Shown: positions 38,644 through 49,527 of the stretch, piece by piece
Layout: the number at the start of each line of letters is the position of its first letter
Position numbering within the stretch: the stretch's first letter is position 1
Assembly: GCA_965261685.1 (NCBI GenBank)
Contig: CBDHDI010000019.1
Location: 78,005-142,004, forward strand
DNA length: 64,000 bases
Direction: 5' to 3'
DNA from: Dehalococcoidia bacterium
Lineage (GTDB): Bacteria; Chloroflexota; Dehalococcoidia; UBA2979
Made by a program: the position numbers and the translations under genes
Notes under the pieces: generated by a model
Database searches by the model: none
What the model was told of the DNA's origin: nothing
Seen by the model: only the letters and a program-made list of their open reading frames with translations

Positions 38644-39437
38644 CGATGAACGACCCGCACGTCGACGCGTTGCTGTTCAGAATCGAGCATGGCCCTGGCG
38701 TGCGCTACAGCGACGATGCGCCGCCGATCAAGCACGAAGAGCCGGCGTTCCGCGTAACGCTTAAGGACCGAACGGTGCGTTTCGAGCTCAAGGAGCACTA
38801 CGCGACCAAGGGAGAAGCGCTGGAGAAGGTTGGCCCGTACGTCCGTAACTGGGAAATGGACGCTGGCCTCAATGGACGACCAGGAAACTTTCGCCTGGAG
38901 TTTCAGGAAGCGGAGGTCATCGACCGGAGCCCACCGCCACCCACTCCGGGGACCTTCAACTTCGCCGCGACCTTCACGTCCCCGACACCGACCCTTCGAG
39001 CCAGTCTGTCAGTGGTGAGCCCATCCTATCCCCCACCACCATCGGGCCCGACACTCGACGCGGACGACCCCGACGTAGCGACCATGTACGCCAGGCTGTC
39101 TGGGTACTACGAAGGCCGCGAGTTGCTGCCGGGCATGGCGAGCTTCTGTCTGACAGTGCTTGAGTGGAGGTTCACCAAGAATCGCCGGCGCAATGTCGCG
39201 AAGGTGTTCCGTATCGAAAAGGCGGTGCTCGACAAGATCGGAGAGCTCACCGCAACCAAGGGAGGGGCAGCCTCGGCACGTAAAGCGGCGGGCGTGGGCA
39301 CCGAGCTCTCGTCCCAGGAATCGCGCTTCCTCGAAGAGGCTGTCAAGACACTCATCCGCAGGGCTGCCGAGGTAGCCCAAGACCCCAGCGCAGCCCTCCC
39401 GACGATCACGCTCTGCGACCTTCCCGACCTTCCCTGA
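38644..39437 (+). CDS. Hypothetical protein (264 aa, Pro-rich centre)
   Basis: The internal ATG at 38644 (MPRTMNDPHVDALLFRIEHGPGV...) gives a sensible start. The six-frame ORF 37986..39437 is over-extended across the non-coding region. Confidence 0.45.
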
Positions 39438-39463
39438 CCGAGGGCCGACGACGGGCGCCGCGC

Positions 39464-40222
39464 CTACTTCCACCACAACCCGAGGGTGAGCACGCGCCGC
39501 AGCCACAGCAGCAGCACGGCCCGCCGGCGCTCCCTTCTCAGGTCCGCCAACGCCCGCTCAAGCCCCCACACCTCGTCCCGGCGGTCGAACTGGTCCCACG
39601 GGTACGAGGCCGGTGGCAGCGTCAACTCGTGGTCCCTGATGAGCACGATCTCCAGCTCCCACAGGCGTCTCTCGGCATCCAGTCTGTCCAGCCGGCGCGT
39701 GGCCTCGCGGTACTCCTTACGCGCCCGGCGCCACGCCACGATGGTCGGCGTCGCCTCGCCGTAGACGAGCTCCTCGCCGGGCTCCGGTTCCGGGGTGATG
39801 AGCTGGGGATAGGGCCTCCACGGCCGGCCTGTTGCCGGCTCCTCCACGGAAGACGTCACCACGGTGGTGCGCTCGCCTATGACGGGAGGGGGCGGCGCTG
39901 ATCGAGTCGCCCGCAGTTCGCCCGCCAGTTCCTCGACGCGTGTCTCGAGGTGTTCGAGCCTCTGGGCCAGACTGTCGGCTTCCTCATCCCTCGGGTTTGT
40001 GGTGGCGCTCTTTTCGGACAGCCGCCGCAGCTCGAGTGCGTCTCGCATGCGCACGGTGAGCCGGCCCGACGCCGTGGTCCGCTGCAGGGTGCGGGCGCTC
40101 ACGCCCAGCAGCTCTGCGGTCTCCGGCAGGCCCTCGGTCTGAATCAGCTCGCGCAGCAGCGTCAGCAGCTGCTCGTCGTCCGTGCGTCCGCGCTCTTCGC
40201 CGTCTGAATGCTGCCCGCTCAT
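39464..40222 (-). CDS. HTH-containing putative transcriptional regulator
   Basis: Using the internal ATG at 40222 gives ~253 aa. AELLGVSARTLQRTTASG is a helix-turn-helix; coiled-coil-like segments follow. Confidence 0.5.
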   Translation of the reverse strand: MSGQHSDGEERGRTDDEQLLTLLRELIQTEGLPETAELLGVSARTLQRTTASGRLTVRMRDALELRRLSEKSATTNPRDEEADSLAQRLEHLETRVEELAGELRATRSAPPPPVIGERTTVVTSSVEEPATGRPWRPYPQLITPEPEPGEELVYGEATPTIVAWRRARKEYREATRRLDRLDAERRLWELEIVLIRDHELTLPPASYPWDQFDRRDEVWGLERALADLRRERRRAVLLLWLRRVLTLGLWWK

Positions 40223-40526
40223 GCCGTCCAACCGGGGTGACAGCCTGTCGCTTCCCGTGGAACGGGCACTACTGTCCAGGTGTTCACTGGATACCGCCTG
40301 TAGGGGCGCGCTTCCGTTGGTCTGCCTTGGTTCTCTGGACTGACGACAACCTGTCACCAACGTCTATTCCCTGTACAGCCCAATGACATCACGGACGCCC
40401 CGATCGGGGTGAGGTCCCCGAAGGGACTGCACCGATGAAGTCCCCTACGGGGGACTCCGCTTCGAGCACTGGCCTTCCACACTCCGCAACCCGCGAAACA
40501 CACATTCGTCGGGTACGGAGGCGTCC

Positions 40527-41147
40527 ATGAAGCGGCAGTGGAGCATCGGAGCCTGTAGGGGAAGGCGGCTGAGGACGCTGGCGGCGGCGCTGCTGCTGGC
40601 CGCGCTCGCGGCCATCCCCTCGAGCGGCACCGCCCTCGCCCAGGAGCCGCCCGCGGGCGACGGCATCGTGCTCGTCAACGAAGACGACGAAGACCTCATC
40701 GAGCGCAAGGACGACGGGCGCTTCATCGCACGCCCCGTCTTCGACCGCGCGGTCCCGCTCCTCTACTACGGCGTGCGCGACGGCGACACGGGCGAGTGGC
40801 TCACCGTCGTGTTCCGGGTGCGCGACGACGGCGAGGAGCGGCGCGACGGCCACGAGTACTCCTTCGAGTACCCCTTCGAGAACGGCCAGCCCGAACTCGA
40901 CCCGGATCGCCCCTACCTGCTGGTGATGCTCGCGGGCGAGCTGGCGGAGTCGCCACAGCCCTTCTACGCCGTCATCCCGCCCCACCAGCCCGGCGGCCTC
41001 TGGAACAAGGTCCTCGGCGCGCTCGAACCCGAGCGCTGGGGCAAGGCCGTCGCCCGCTGGGTCATCGAGGGCGCGCACGGGACGCTCTGTGGCGTCGTCG
41101 AGCGCGCCGCCGGCGACGACGCCGAGGCCTGCGAGGCCACTCCGTGA
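40527..41147 (+). CDS. Secreted hypothetical protein (signal peptide), first gene of the transfer module
   Basis: N-terminus MKRQW...LAAALLLAALAAIPSSGTALAQE is a typical Sec signal. Its stop overlaps the GTG start of the next gene (GTGA). Confidence 0.55.
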   Translation: MKRQWSIGACRGRRLRTLAAALLLAALAAIPSSGTALAQEPPAGDGIVLVNEDDEDLIERKDDGRFIARPVFDRAVPLLYYGVRDGDTGEWLTVVFRVRDDGEERRDGHEYSFEYPFENGQPELDPDRPYLLVMLAGELAESPQPFYAVIPPHQPGGLWNKVLGALEPERWGKAVARWVIEGAHGTLCGVVERAAGDDAEACEATP

Positions 41148-42130
41148 GCGACATCTTCACGGGCACTCCGCCCGGCCTCACCTACGACCACGAGATCGTC
41201 CGCCAGGCGTGGACGGCGGTCTGGATCATCACCTCGGGTGCGCTCGTCGTGATCATCGGCTGGATGGGGCTGAGCCTCATCGTGGGGGACCACGTCGGCC
41301 GCGCGCAGGCGGGCTGGCGCGAGCTGGTCCCGCGCCTGGGGCTGGGGCTCGTGGCCGCCGCCGCCTCGCTCTGGTGGTGCGCGCTCGTCATCGACGTGGC
41401 CGACGCCGTCTCGGGGTTCATCGCCGCCGAGCTGGGCGTGACCGCCGGCGACATGCTGCGCTCGACGCTGCGCACGCTCCTTACGGCGGTGGCGGCGGGC
41501 AGCGTGGGCATGGGCCTGGTGCTGGCGCTGCTCTACCTCGTCTACGGCTTCTTCGTGCTCTACCTCGTGGTGCAGATGGTGCTGCGCCTCGCGCTCATCG
41601 ACATCCTGCTGGCGCTGGCGCCGATCGCGCTCGGGCTGTGGATCCTCCCGCACACGGCGGGCTGGGGCCGGCACTGGCTGCGCCTCTTCATGACGACCGT
41701 CTTCCAGCAGGCGATCCAGCTGATCGCGCTGGCCCTGGGCATCGGCTTCCTCAACGAGTACGCCGCGATCGGCTCAGGCGAGCCGATCCAGGACCTCGTC
41801 TGGAAGCTGCTGATGTCGCTGGCCTTCATCTACCTGGCGACTCGGGTGCCCTCGCTGCTCGGCAACGTCGGGACCTTCGATGCCTGGCTGCACACCCTCC
41901 ACTTCGGCATGTCCCTGCCCGGCTCGATGGCCCGCTCGGCGCGCTCCGTGGGGCTGCTGGCGGGCGGCGGCGCGGCGGGCGGCCCCGTGGGTGCGGCGGT
42001 TGCCGCCGGGGCCGCGGGCGGCGTGGCCTCGGCGGCCACCTCGAGCGTGCGCTCGGCGGCCGATATGGCAACCCCCTCTTCGGGCGGCGGCGCCGCTGGC
42101 GGCGGCGCGCCCAGGAGCAGCAGCGAGTAG
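41144..42130 (+). CDS. Polytopic membrane protein, VirB6/TrbL-like
   Basis: ~328 aa from a GTG start. It has at least 6 hydrophobic helices and a C-terminal Gly/Ala-rich tail. It sits in a VirB4/VirD4 cluster. Confidence 0.55.
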   Translation: MSDIFTGTPPGLTYDHEIVRQAWTAVWIITSGALVVIIGWMGLSLIVGDHVGRAQAGWRELVPRLGLGLVAAAASLWWCALVIDVADAVSGFIAAELGVTAGDMLRSTLRTLLTAVAAGSVGMGLVLALLYLVYGFFVLYLVVQMVLRLALIDILLALAPIALGLWILPHTAGWGRHWLRLFMTTVFQQAIQLIALALGIGFLNEYAAIGSGEPIQDLVWKLLMSLAFIYLATRVPSLLGNVGTFDAWLHTLHFGMSLPGSMARSARSVGLLAGGGAAGGPVGAAVAAGAAGGVASAATSSVRSAADMATPSSGGGAAGGGAPRSSSE

Positions 42131-42275
42131 CGACAACAACAACCGCAACCAGGCGGCGCGGCCGCGGCGCGCCGATCGAGACGCAAACGGAGGTGAGAGA
42201 TGTGCCGGTAGGCGAACGAGCAGCAGCACCGAGAGACGAACGAACACACGCAAACGCGAGAGGAGCGAAACACAA

Positions 42276-42569
42276 GTGGAAGACCTGACTCAGACCATCT
42301 CGAACCTGGTGGGCATCCTGCTGGGCGTCGTCGGCGCGATCGGCGTCGGCTTCTTCATCTACGGGTCCTACCTCTACCTCACCGCCTCGGGCGCGCCGCA
42401 CCAGATGGAGCGGGGCAAGAGCGCGATGATGACCGCTTTGGCCGGCATCGTGCTGGCGATGGTGGCCTTCGGCGTCGTCGAGCTGGTGATGGACGCCGTC
42501 GTCAACCCCGTCGTGGATGTCGACGTCCCCGAGCCCACGGGCGCGACCACGACCACAGAGGGGGGATAG
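42276..42569 (+). CDS. Small two-TM protein, VirB2/TrbC pilin-like
   Basis: ~97 aa from a GTG start with two hydrophobic helices (ILLGVVGAIGVGFFIYGSYLYL and MMTALAGIVLAMVAFGVVELV). Confidence 0.45.
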   Translation: MEDLTQTISNLVGILLGVVGAIGVGFFIYGSYLYLTASGAPHQMERGKSAMMTALAGIVLAMVAFGVVELVMDAVVNPVVDVDVPEPTGATTTTEGG

Positions 42570-42572
42570 GCC

Positions 42573-44306
42573 ATGCGAGAACACGAGGTTCCAACCCACG
42601 TGCAGGCCGAGGACCGCGTCCTGCTGTGGTTCACCTTTCCCCAGATCGTGGCGATGACGGCGGTCTGCGCCCTCGCCTACGGCGTCTACCGCTACGCCCC
42701 GTTCGGTCCCTCCGAGGTCCGCATGGCAGCAGCCGTGCTCTTCGGACTGGCCGGACTGGCGGTCGTCGCGGGGCGGATCGGAGGCAGGCGGCTGCCGCTG
42801 GTGGCGGCCGACCTGCTGCGGTTCGGGCTGGGGGCGCGGCGCTACGCCGGGCCTCCGGCCCAGCTGGTGCGGAGCGAACCACCCGCACCAGCGCAGCCCG
42901 CATCCAGCGGCCCCAGGCCACGGCGGCTGCTGGCGCGTCGCATGCGGCGCGTCGTGCGCCGCCGGTCGCGAAGGCGGAAGGAGGGCGAGCGCCGCAACGG
43001 GCGGATGCCCTTTCGTCCGCACCGCCTCTTCGGCAAGCGCCGCCGGCAGGGCGGCGAGGAGCCCGCTGAGGCGCAGCGGGCGGCGACGCAGGAGCGCGAC
43101 GGGCGGCGTCTCGGACGCTGGCGCGTGCTCCCGGCGGTCGCCGTCATGGCGGTGGTGCTCACCGCCCTGCCCGTCCTGCCTGCCCTGGCGCAGGACCCCG
43201 GCGAGGAGGGCTGGTTCTCGGAGGAGATCGAGTTTCAGCCCCCACCGCTGGTGCAGGGACGGCGGCTCTTCGTCGAGGGGCTCGCGGTCAGCGGCGAACA
43301 GGCCGCGGTCACGCTGCGGGCGGCCACCGACCTCGACCTGACGGTGCGGGCCTACGGTGGTCCCGAGGGACGGTCGCTCCGCTTCTTCGGGACGGCCGCC
43401 CTCGATCAGGGCGAGCTCAGCGAGTACGACCTGCCACTGCACGGCCCCTCGCCCTCGCTCGTCTTCTCCTGGGAGGACGAGCTCGGCCAGGCCGGGGCCG
43501 TCAGCCTCGCCGGCGAGCGGCTCCCCTGGCCGCTGCCCGCCGTCACGGGCGAGCTGTGCGTCCTGCGCCTCGTCTCGCTCGGTTGGAGCGCGGGCGCCGT
43601 CGAGGGGACGATCAGCTCGGAGTGCGTGAGCGCCACCGAGGAAGCGGTCGTCCTCCAGACGGTGGCCGGTCACGCCGACGTGACCACGATGGCCCTGCTG
43701 GAAGGCGAGGTCGTTGCCGTCACCGGGACCGTCACGGTCGGAGCCGGCACGACGGAGACGACGGTCGCCTTCGTCGCCGGCGGCGAGACCCGCTTCCGGC
43801 TCCCGGTCGCGGCGGGCGAGGCCGTCCACGCCCTCGCCATCGAGGCGGACCTGGTGGCGTCCCTCAGCGTCGCCCTGCCGCCGCTCGTGGAGCTCACGCA
43901 CGTCCCGCGGCGCGTCGAGCAACTCACGGAGACGGCGACGGTCAGCATTCCCGCCTTCGGCGACACCGTGACGGAGACGTTCACGGTCCCCAACGAGGAC
44001 GGCACCTTCACGGAGCACACCGTGACGGCCAGCTGCTACGTCCCCGCGTCGACCGTCCACCAGGACGTCGTCTTCACCGTCGTTCACCCCGAACGCGTCG
44101 AGGCCGAGGTGGTGGCGCGATCGCCGATCGCGCGAAGCCGGGAGGAGTCGCTGAGCCTGACGTTGAGCGTCGGGGCCGACGACCTCTTTGCGGCGCTCAT
44201 CCTGCCGGAGCCCGACCCCGAGCCGGACCCGCCCACGCAGACACCCGTAACGGGCGATGAGCTGAGCGACTGGTTCGAGCAGCTCGGCTGGGAGTGGGTC
44301 TGGTGA
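42573..44306 (+). CDS. Membrane-anchored protein with VirB3-like N-terminus and Ala/Val/Thr-rich extracytoplasmic domain
   Basis: 577 aa. The N-terminal LLWFTFPQIVAMTAVCALAYGVY segment is followed by a second TM and a repetitive extracellular region. Confidence 0.45.
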   Translation: MREHEVPTHVQAEDRVLLWFTFPQIVAMTAVCALAYGVYRYAPFGPSEVRMAAAVLFGLAGLAVVAGRIGGRRLPLVAADLLRFGLGARRYAGPPAQLVRSEPPAPAQPASSGPRPRRLLARRMRRVVRRRSRRRKEGERRNGRMPFRPHRLFGKRRRQGGEEPAEAQRAATQERDGRRLGRWRVLPAVAVMAVVLTALPVLPALAQDPGEEGWFSEEIEFQPPPLVQGRRLFVEGLAVSGEQAAVTLRAATDLDLTVRAYGGPEGRSLRFFGTAALDQGELSEYDLPLHGPSPSLVFSWEDELGQAGAVSLAGERLPWPLPAVTGELCVLRLVSLGWSAGAVEGTISSECVSATEEAVVLQTVAGHADVTTMALLEGEVVAVTGTVTVGAGTTETTVAFVAGGETRFRLPVAAGEAVHALAIEADLVASLSVALPPLVELTHVPRRVEQLTETATVSIPAFGDTVTETFTVPNEDGTFTEHTVTASCYVPASTVHQDVVFTVVHPERVEAEVVARSPIARSREESLSLTLSVGADDLFAALILPEPDPEPDPPTQTPVTGDELSDWFEQLGWEWVW

Positions 44307-44620
44307 GGCGGCTCACGACCGCCCTGCTGCTCGGCGGGGTCGCACTGGTCACCACCGGCGCGGCCCCGGCCGAGGAGCGGGCCATGCTCGACGCCTTCGA
44401 CGAGGCGCTCACGGCGCTGGCCTACGCCGCCGCCGGGGTCTGCGTCTTCGCCATCGCCTGGGCGGGCTTCCTGCTCATGGCCGACGGCGCCGACGAGCGC
44501 GGCGGCGGGCGCGCAAAGAGCGCCGTCTTCCTGGCCGTGGCCGGCCTCGCGCTCGTGCTGTCGGCCAAGGGCGTGGCCGCCCTGCTGCGCGCAGGCATCG
44601 TCCCCATCCCCGTCCCCTAG
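44294..44620 (+). CDS. Small membrane protein (108 aa, signal/TM + second TM), second pilin-like candidate
   Basis: Two hydrophobic helices. It overlaps the previous gene by 13 nt. Confidence 0.4.
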   Translation: MGLVRRLTTALLLGGVALVTTGAAPAEERAMLDAFDEALTALAYAAAGVCVFAIAWAGFLLMADGADERGGGRAKSAVFLAVAGLALVLSAKGVAALLRAGIVPIPVP

Positions 44621-44639
44621 CACCCAGGAGCACATACCG

Positions 44640-46916
44640 ATGAGACCACTACTCGAACTCACGAAGCGCGCGGCGGCGGCCCTGCCAGGCGGGGCCGCCG
44701 CCGCGCAGGAGCCCGGAGCCGCCCGCGAGGCCGCCTCGCCAGCGACCGAAACCGAGGCGGCCGTCCCGAAGCTCCCGCCCGGGCTGCCGCTCGCCTTCAT
44801 GCTCTCGCACCTCGAGGACGACGGCCCGGTGCGCCTCGACGGCGTGAAGCTCGGCGTCTGCGAGGTGCTCGGCCTCGAGCTGGACGAGCCGAAGCTCGGA
44901 GCCTTCGCAGGCGCGCTCAACGCCTGCGACTTCCCGTTGCAACTGCTCGTGCGCCAGCACCCGCCCGGCCTCGGGAAGCTGCGCGAGGATCTCGCGGAGT
45001 CACAGCCCGGGGACCTGCCCCCGCAGACGAAGGCCGCCGCCGACTCGCTGCGGCGGCTGCTCGCCGAGCTGGAGCGCCGCGACGGCATCCTCGACCGCCG
45101 CTTCTACGCCGTCTGCGAGTTCGAGCGGGTTGGCGAGTTGCGCGGCCTGCTCGCGCGCGCCGGACTCTCCGTCCACCCGCTTGAGGGCCGCCAGCTGCGT
45201 ATGCTGCTGCTCGCCTCCGCCCTCGGCGGCTCCCCCCGGGAGATCGACGAGAACACGCCCGCCGACGTCACGGTCAGCCGCCGTGACATCCGCGTCGGCG
45301 ATCGCCTCGTGCGGGCGCTGCATCTCGGCAAGTGGCCGCGCTCGCTCTCCCCCGGCTTCCTCCAGAACCTGATGGCGACGGGCGCGCCCATGGATCTCTC
45401 GCTCCACCTCGGGCCGATCCCCGCCGCGCAGGCGGCGCGCACGCTGGAGTGGCAGAAGGTCCGCTTCGAGTCGGCCCAGAGCCTCTCCTTCAAGCGCGGA
45501 CGCTCGATGTCCTCGGAGGCGGAGATCGCCCTCGAGGACGTGATGCGCCTGCGTGACGAGGTGCAGCGCGGACGCGAGCGCCTCTTCCACGCGTCGCTTT
45601 CGGTCACGCTCCACGCCGCCGACGAGGAGTCCCTCAAGGAGCTGACTCAGCGGGCGAAGGCCCACTTCGCGGCCTCGCTCGGGAAGCTCGACGCGCTCCC
45701 TTTCCGCCAGCGCGAGGGGCTGCTCTCGACGCTGCCGCTCGCCCTGAACGCCGTCGCCGTCTGGCGCACGCTCGACACCTCGTCGCTGGCTCGTCTCTAC
45801 CCCTTCTCCCCACCCGATCTCGACACACGTGGCGGCACCCTCTACGGCATCGACATGCGGGCGTCGTCGCCCGTGGTCTACGACCCCTGGGATGGCACGC
45901 ACCTCAACGCCAACACCGCCGTGCTCGCGCGCTCGGGCTCGGGCAAGTCGTTCGCGACGAAGCTGGGCATGCTGCGCGGCCTCTGCCGGGGAGTCACCGC
46001 CTACGTGATCGATCCCGAGGGCGAGTACGCCGACATGGCCCGCGCCGCCGGCGGGCGCGTGCTCTCCCCGGGCGTGGCGGGCGAGGGCATGAACCCCTTC
46101 GTCATCGAACGCGGCGACCCCGAGGAGCTGCTGTTGCGCATCGGCAGCCTCAGGCGTCTGATCGAGGTGATGATCGGGGAGTCCCTCGGCGCCGAGCGGC
46201 GCGCCGCCCTCGACCACGCCCTCGCCGCCTACTACGCGCAGCCGCGCGAGCGCACCGGCTTCGGCGACTTCTACGCGTTCCTCAAGGGTGACGAGGCCGA
46301 CGGCGATCCCGGCCTCGCCAGGCTGCTGCGCCCCTTCGCCACGGGCAGCCTGCGCCACCTGCTCACCGACGAGGGTGACGACCTGCTCACCAACGAGGCG
46401 CTGGTGACGGTCTTCGACCTGCGGCTGCTGGAGCCGGAGCTGCGCCCCGCCGCGGCGATGGTCTGCACCGAGACAGTCTGGGCCGCTGCCGCGCGCGACC
46501 CGAAGCCGCGCCTGCTCGTGGTCGACGAGGTCTGGTCGATCATGCAGCACCCCGAGGGCGCGGCCTTCATGGTCTCGATGGCGAAGCGCGCGCGGAAGCA
46601 CCGCCTCGGGTTGCAGTTCATCACCCAGGACGTGCAGGACCTGCTCAGCGAGGACTCCTCGCGCACCATCACCGGCCACTCGGGGCGCGCCCTGCTCCAG
46701 AACGCGGCCTTCAAGCTGCTCCTGCAGCAGGACGCCGCCGCCATCTCGACCGTCGGCGACGCCTTCGACCTCCCACAGGACCTGCAGCGCTGGCTGCTCT
46801 CCTGCCCGCGTGGCGACGGGCTGCTGCTCGCGCGCGGCAACCGCTTCCCGATCCGCATCGAGGCCACGCCCGAAGAGGCGGAGCTGATCGAGTGGCGGCC
46901 CGGCTCCCACCGCTAA
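44640..46916 (+). CDS. virB4: VirB4/TrbE-family type IV secretion ATPase
   Basis: 758 aa. Walker A LARSGSGKSFATK, Walker B LLVVDEVWSIM, and overall VirB4 architecture. Confidence 0.85.
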   Translation: MRPLLELTKRAAAALPGGAAAAQEPGAAREAASPATETEAAVPKLPPGLPLAFMLSHLEDDGPVRLDGVKLGVCEVLGLELDEPKLGAFAGALNACDFPLQLLVRQHPPGLGKLREDLAESQPGDLPPQTKAAADSLRRLLAELERRDGILDRRFYAVCEFERVGELRGLLARAGLSVHPLEGRQLRMLLLASALGGSPREIDENTPADVTVSRRDIRVGDRLVRALHLGKWPRSLSPGFLQNLMATGAPMDLSLHLGPIPAAQAARTLEWQKVRFESAQSLSFKRGRSMSSEAEIALEDVMRLRDEVQRGRERLFHASLSVTLHAADEESLKELTQRAKAHFAASLGKLDALPFRQREGLLSTLPLALNAVAVWRTLDTSSLARLYPFSPPDLDTRGGTLYGIDMRASSPVVYDPWDGTHLNANTAVLARSGSGKSFATKLGMLRGLCRGVTAYVIDPEGEYADMARAAGGRVLSPGVAGEGMNPFVIERGDPEELLLRIGSLRRLIEVMIGESLGAERRAALDHALAAYYAQPRERTGFGDFYAFLKGDEADGDPGLARLLRPFATGSLRHLLTDEGDDLLTNEALVTVFDLRLLEPELRPAAAMVCTETVWAAAARDPKPRLLVVDEVWSIMQHPEGAAFMVSMAKRARKHRLGLQFITQDVQDLLSEDSSRTITGHSGRALLQNAAFKLLLQQDAAAISTVGDAFDLPQDLQRWLLSCPRGDGLLLARGNRFPIRIEATPEEAELIEWRPGSHR

Positions 46917-46950
46917 CCACGACCCGACCGACCACGAACGGACACACACG

Positions 46951-49527
46951 ATGGAACTCAACCCCTTCCGCAAGGCCGAGCCGAAGCCACCGGTGCTGCT
47001 GGCGGTAACTCCGCCGCGCTCAGGCGAGCGCACGCTGCTTGCCGTCGAGAACCTGCTCGGCTCGATCGCCGTGCCGGAGCCCTTCTCGCTGGAGCTGGCC
47101 GCCGACGCCGACGGCGTGACCCTCATGGCGCGCTGCCACGACAAGCGCGTCGTCCGCGGCCAGATCGCCGCGCACTACCCGCAGGCCGGCATCCACGAGC
47201 TCGCTCCGGAGGAAGACCCTCTGCGTCTCGAGGAGGGCGAGCAGGCATGGTCGATCACGCTCCGCTCGAGCGGCCCCGAGTACGTGCCGCTGCGCGTCTT
47301 CCGCGACGACGACCTGCTCGACCCCGGCTCCGACCCACTCCTCTCCATCCTCGGAGCGCTCTCCCCGCTCGCGAGGGACGAGCGCATCGTGGCGCGCGTG
47401 CTGCTGCGCTCGCTCGGTCCCGACTGGGCCGAGGCCCACCAGGTGAGGGCGCACCAGCGGCCCCTGCAGGAGACGCGCGACTCCTCCTACACCAGCCAGG
47501 TCCGCCACCACAGCACCGACGGCGTGATGATGGCCGTCGTCGCCCTCGCGGGCTTCGCCGCCCTCAAGGGCTACCAGTGGTGGCAGGCCGGGGAGACCTG
47601 GAAGGCTATCGCACTGGGGACGGGCATCGCCCTCGGATTGGCGTTAGGTGGCTGGGCCTGGGCGCGCTGGAAGCGCTCGCGCAACCGCATCCACGACCCG
47701 CTCTTGATCAAGGAGAAGGTCTCGCGCATCGCCTTCGACGCCGAGATCGAGGTCGTCGCCGTGCTGTCGGCGACGAATCCCAGGGAGGCCCAGCGGCGGG
47801 CGCAGGAGCTGCTCGGCCGGGTGGCGACCGCCTACAGCCACTACGACCATCCCGCGGGCGCCCGCTTCCGGGTGGGCAAGGTGCGGGCCGTCGTTCCCGA
47901 GCCGTCAACGATGCAGCCCTCCGCTCCGGGCCTGTTCGGGAGCCGCAGCGTGCTCGGCGTGCGCGAGGTCGCCTGCCTCTGGCACCCGCCTGGCGCGAAG
48001 GACGAGACGCCGCTCGTCGAGCGCTCGGGCGCCCGCGTGCTGCTTCCCTCCGCACGGGATGTGCGGGGCGGCGCGCTCGTGGGCGAGACGACGGCGGGCA
48101 AGCCGCGCCCGATCCGCTTCCCGGACGACCTGCTGCGCCGCCACCACCTCTACGTCGCGCGCACGCGCATGGGGAAGTCCACGCTCATGCACCACCTCGT
48201 CTCCCACAAGCTGCGCGAGAAGGCCGAGGGCCGCGACGGCGACGCGATCGTCGTCGTCGACCCCCACGCCGACCTCGTCGCCGACCTGCTGGAGCAGGTG
48301 CCCCCGTCTCTGGCGAACGCGGTGCGTCTCGTCGACCTCGGCGGCGAGCGCGGCTTCCCCGGCATCAACCTGCTCGACACGCGCATCTTCACCGACCGCG
48401 ACCGCACCGCCGACTCGGTGGTGCGGGTGGCGCGGGGCTTGTGGGAGCAGTGGGGCCCGCGCATGCAGTCGATCCTCGAGCAGACGGTGAAGACGCTGCA
48501 CGAGGCCAACGCCCACCCCGCCACCGCCGCCGAGGAGCAGAGCACCATCCTCGACGGGTTACGCCTCCTGTCCGACGACGGATTCCGCGGCGGCGTCCTC
48601 GAGAGGGTGTCCGACCCCTACCTGCTCGACTGGTGGGCTCGCGACTTCGGCGGCTGGCGGCGTGAGTACCGTGCGGAGGCCCTGGCTCCGGTCCAGACGC
48701 GTCTCTCCTACTACGCCTCCTCGAAACGGGCGCGCGCGATCCTCGGCCAGGCCCGCTCCACCATCGACCTGCGCCGCACCATCCTCGACGGCGGCATCCT
48801 CTTCGTGTCGACGGCCCAGGGCACCGCCGGCCGCGATGTCGCCGCCCTCGTGGGGGCCTCGATCCTCAACCTCGTCGACTCCGTGATTCGCGAGCAGGGC
48901 GGGCTGCCGTTCGAGCGACGCCGGGGCGCGCTGGTGGTCGTCGACGAGATGCAGTCGATGCCGGGCGTCGACTACGAGTCGATGCTCTCGGAGCTGGGCA
49001 AGTTCGGGGCTTCGTTCGTGCTCGCTACGCAGAGCCTCGCGAAGCTGGCGGACCTCTCCCCGACGATGCGCGACACCCTGCTCGCGAACGTGGGCTGTCT
49101 CGCCATCTTCCAGGTGGCCGGCTCCGACGCGCGGCAACTCGTGTGGGAGCTGGACAGGGACCGCGTCTCCGAGGAGGACATCGTCTCCCTTCCGGTGCAC
49201 CACTGCTACGTCCGCGCCACCGTCGGAACCGAGCGCATGCCCGCCTTCTCGATGATGGTCCGCAAGCCCGACCCGGGCGACGCGACGACCGCCGCCCGCA
49301 TCCGCGCCGCGGCGTCCTCCTACGTCTTGACCTCCGAGGAGATCGAGGCGCGGCAGGCGGAGGGTCGCCGGCGCGTGGAGGAGTTCCGCGCCGGTGCCGA
49401 GGCCTTGCGCCAGGCAGAAGACGCCGAGCCGAAGAAGACGCGCGGATCGCGCGGATCGGCCCGCGGGAAGCAGCGCAGCAAGCACGCCCAACGGCCGAAC
49501 CGAGCCGAGGGGCAGCCTGAGCGTTGA
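46951..49527 (+). CDS. Type IV coupling protein (VirD4/TraD/TraG-like ATPase) with N-terminal TM helices
   Basis: 858 aa. N-terminal TM helices, Walker A LYVARTRMGKSTLMHHL, Walker B ALVVVDEMQSM. Confidence 0.75.
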   Translation: MELNPFRKAEPKPPVLLAVTPPRSGERTLLAVENLLGSIAVPEPFSLELAADADGVTLMARCHDKRVVRGQIAAHYPQAGIHELAPEEDPLRLEEGEQAWSITLRSSGPEYVPLRVFRDDDLLDPGSDPLLSILGALSPLARDERIVARVLLRSLGPDWAEAHQVRAHQRPLQETRDSSYTSQVRHHSTDGVMMAVVALAGFAALKGYQWWQAGETWKAIALGTGIALGLALGGWAWARWKRSRNRIHDPLLIKEKVSRIAFDAEIEVVAVLSATNPREAQRRAQELLGRVATAYSHYDHPAGARFRVGKVRAVVPEPSTMQPSAPGLFGSRSVLGVREVACLWHPPGAKDETPLVERSGARVLLPSARDVRGGALVGETTAGKPRPIRFPDDLLRRHHLYVARTRMGKSTLMHHLVSHKLREKAEGRDGDAIVVVDPHADLVADLLEQVPPSLANAVRLVDLGGERGFPGINLLDTRIFTDRDRTADSVVRVARGLWEQWGPRMQSILEQTVKTLHEANAHPATAAEEQSTILDGLRLLSDDGFRGGVLERVSDPYLLDWWARDFGGWRREYRAEALAPVQTRLSYYASSKRARAILGQARSTIDLRRTILDGGILFVSTAQGTAGRDVAALVGASILNLVDSVIREQGGLPFERRRGALVVVDEMQSMPGVDYESMLSELGKFGASFVLATQSLAKLADLSPTMRDTLLANVGCLAIFQVAGSDARQLVWELDRDRVSEEDIVSLPVHHCYVRATVGTERMPAFSMMVRKPDPGDATTAARIRAAASSYVLTSEEIEARQAEGRRRVEEFRAGAEALRQAEDAEPKKTRGSRGSARGKQRSKHAQRPNRAEGQPER

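Noticed and set aside
40389-41078. 229-aa minus-strand ORF overlapping the secreted-protein gene
   Set aside because: It is antisense to an ORF with a clear signal peptide and translational coupling to the T4SS genes, and has no motif.
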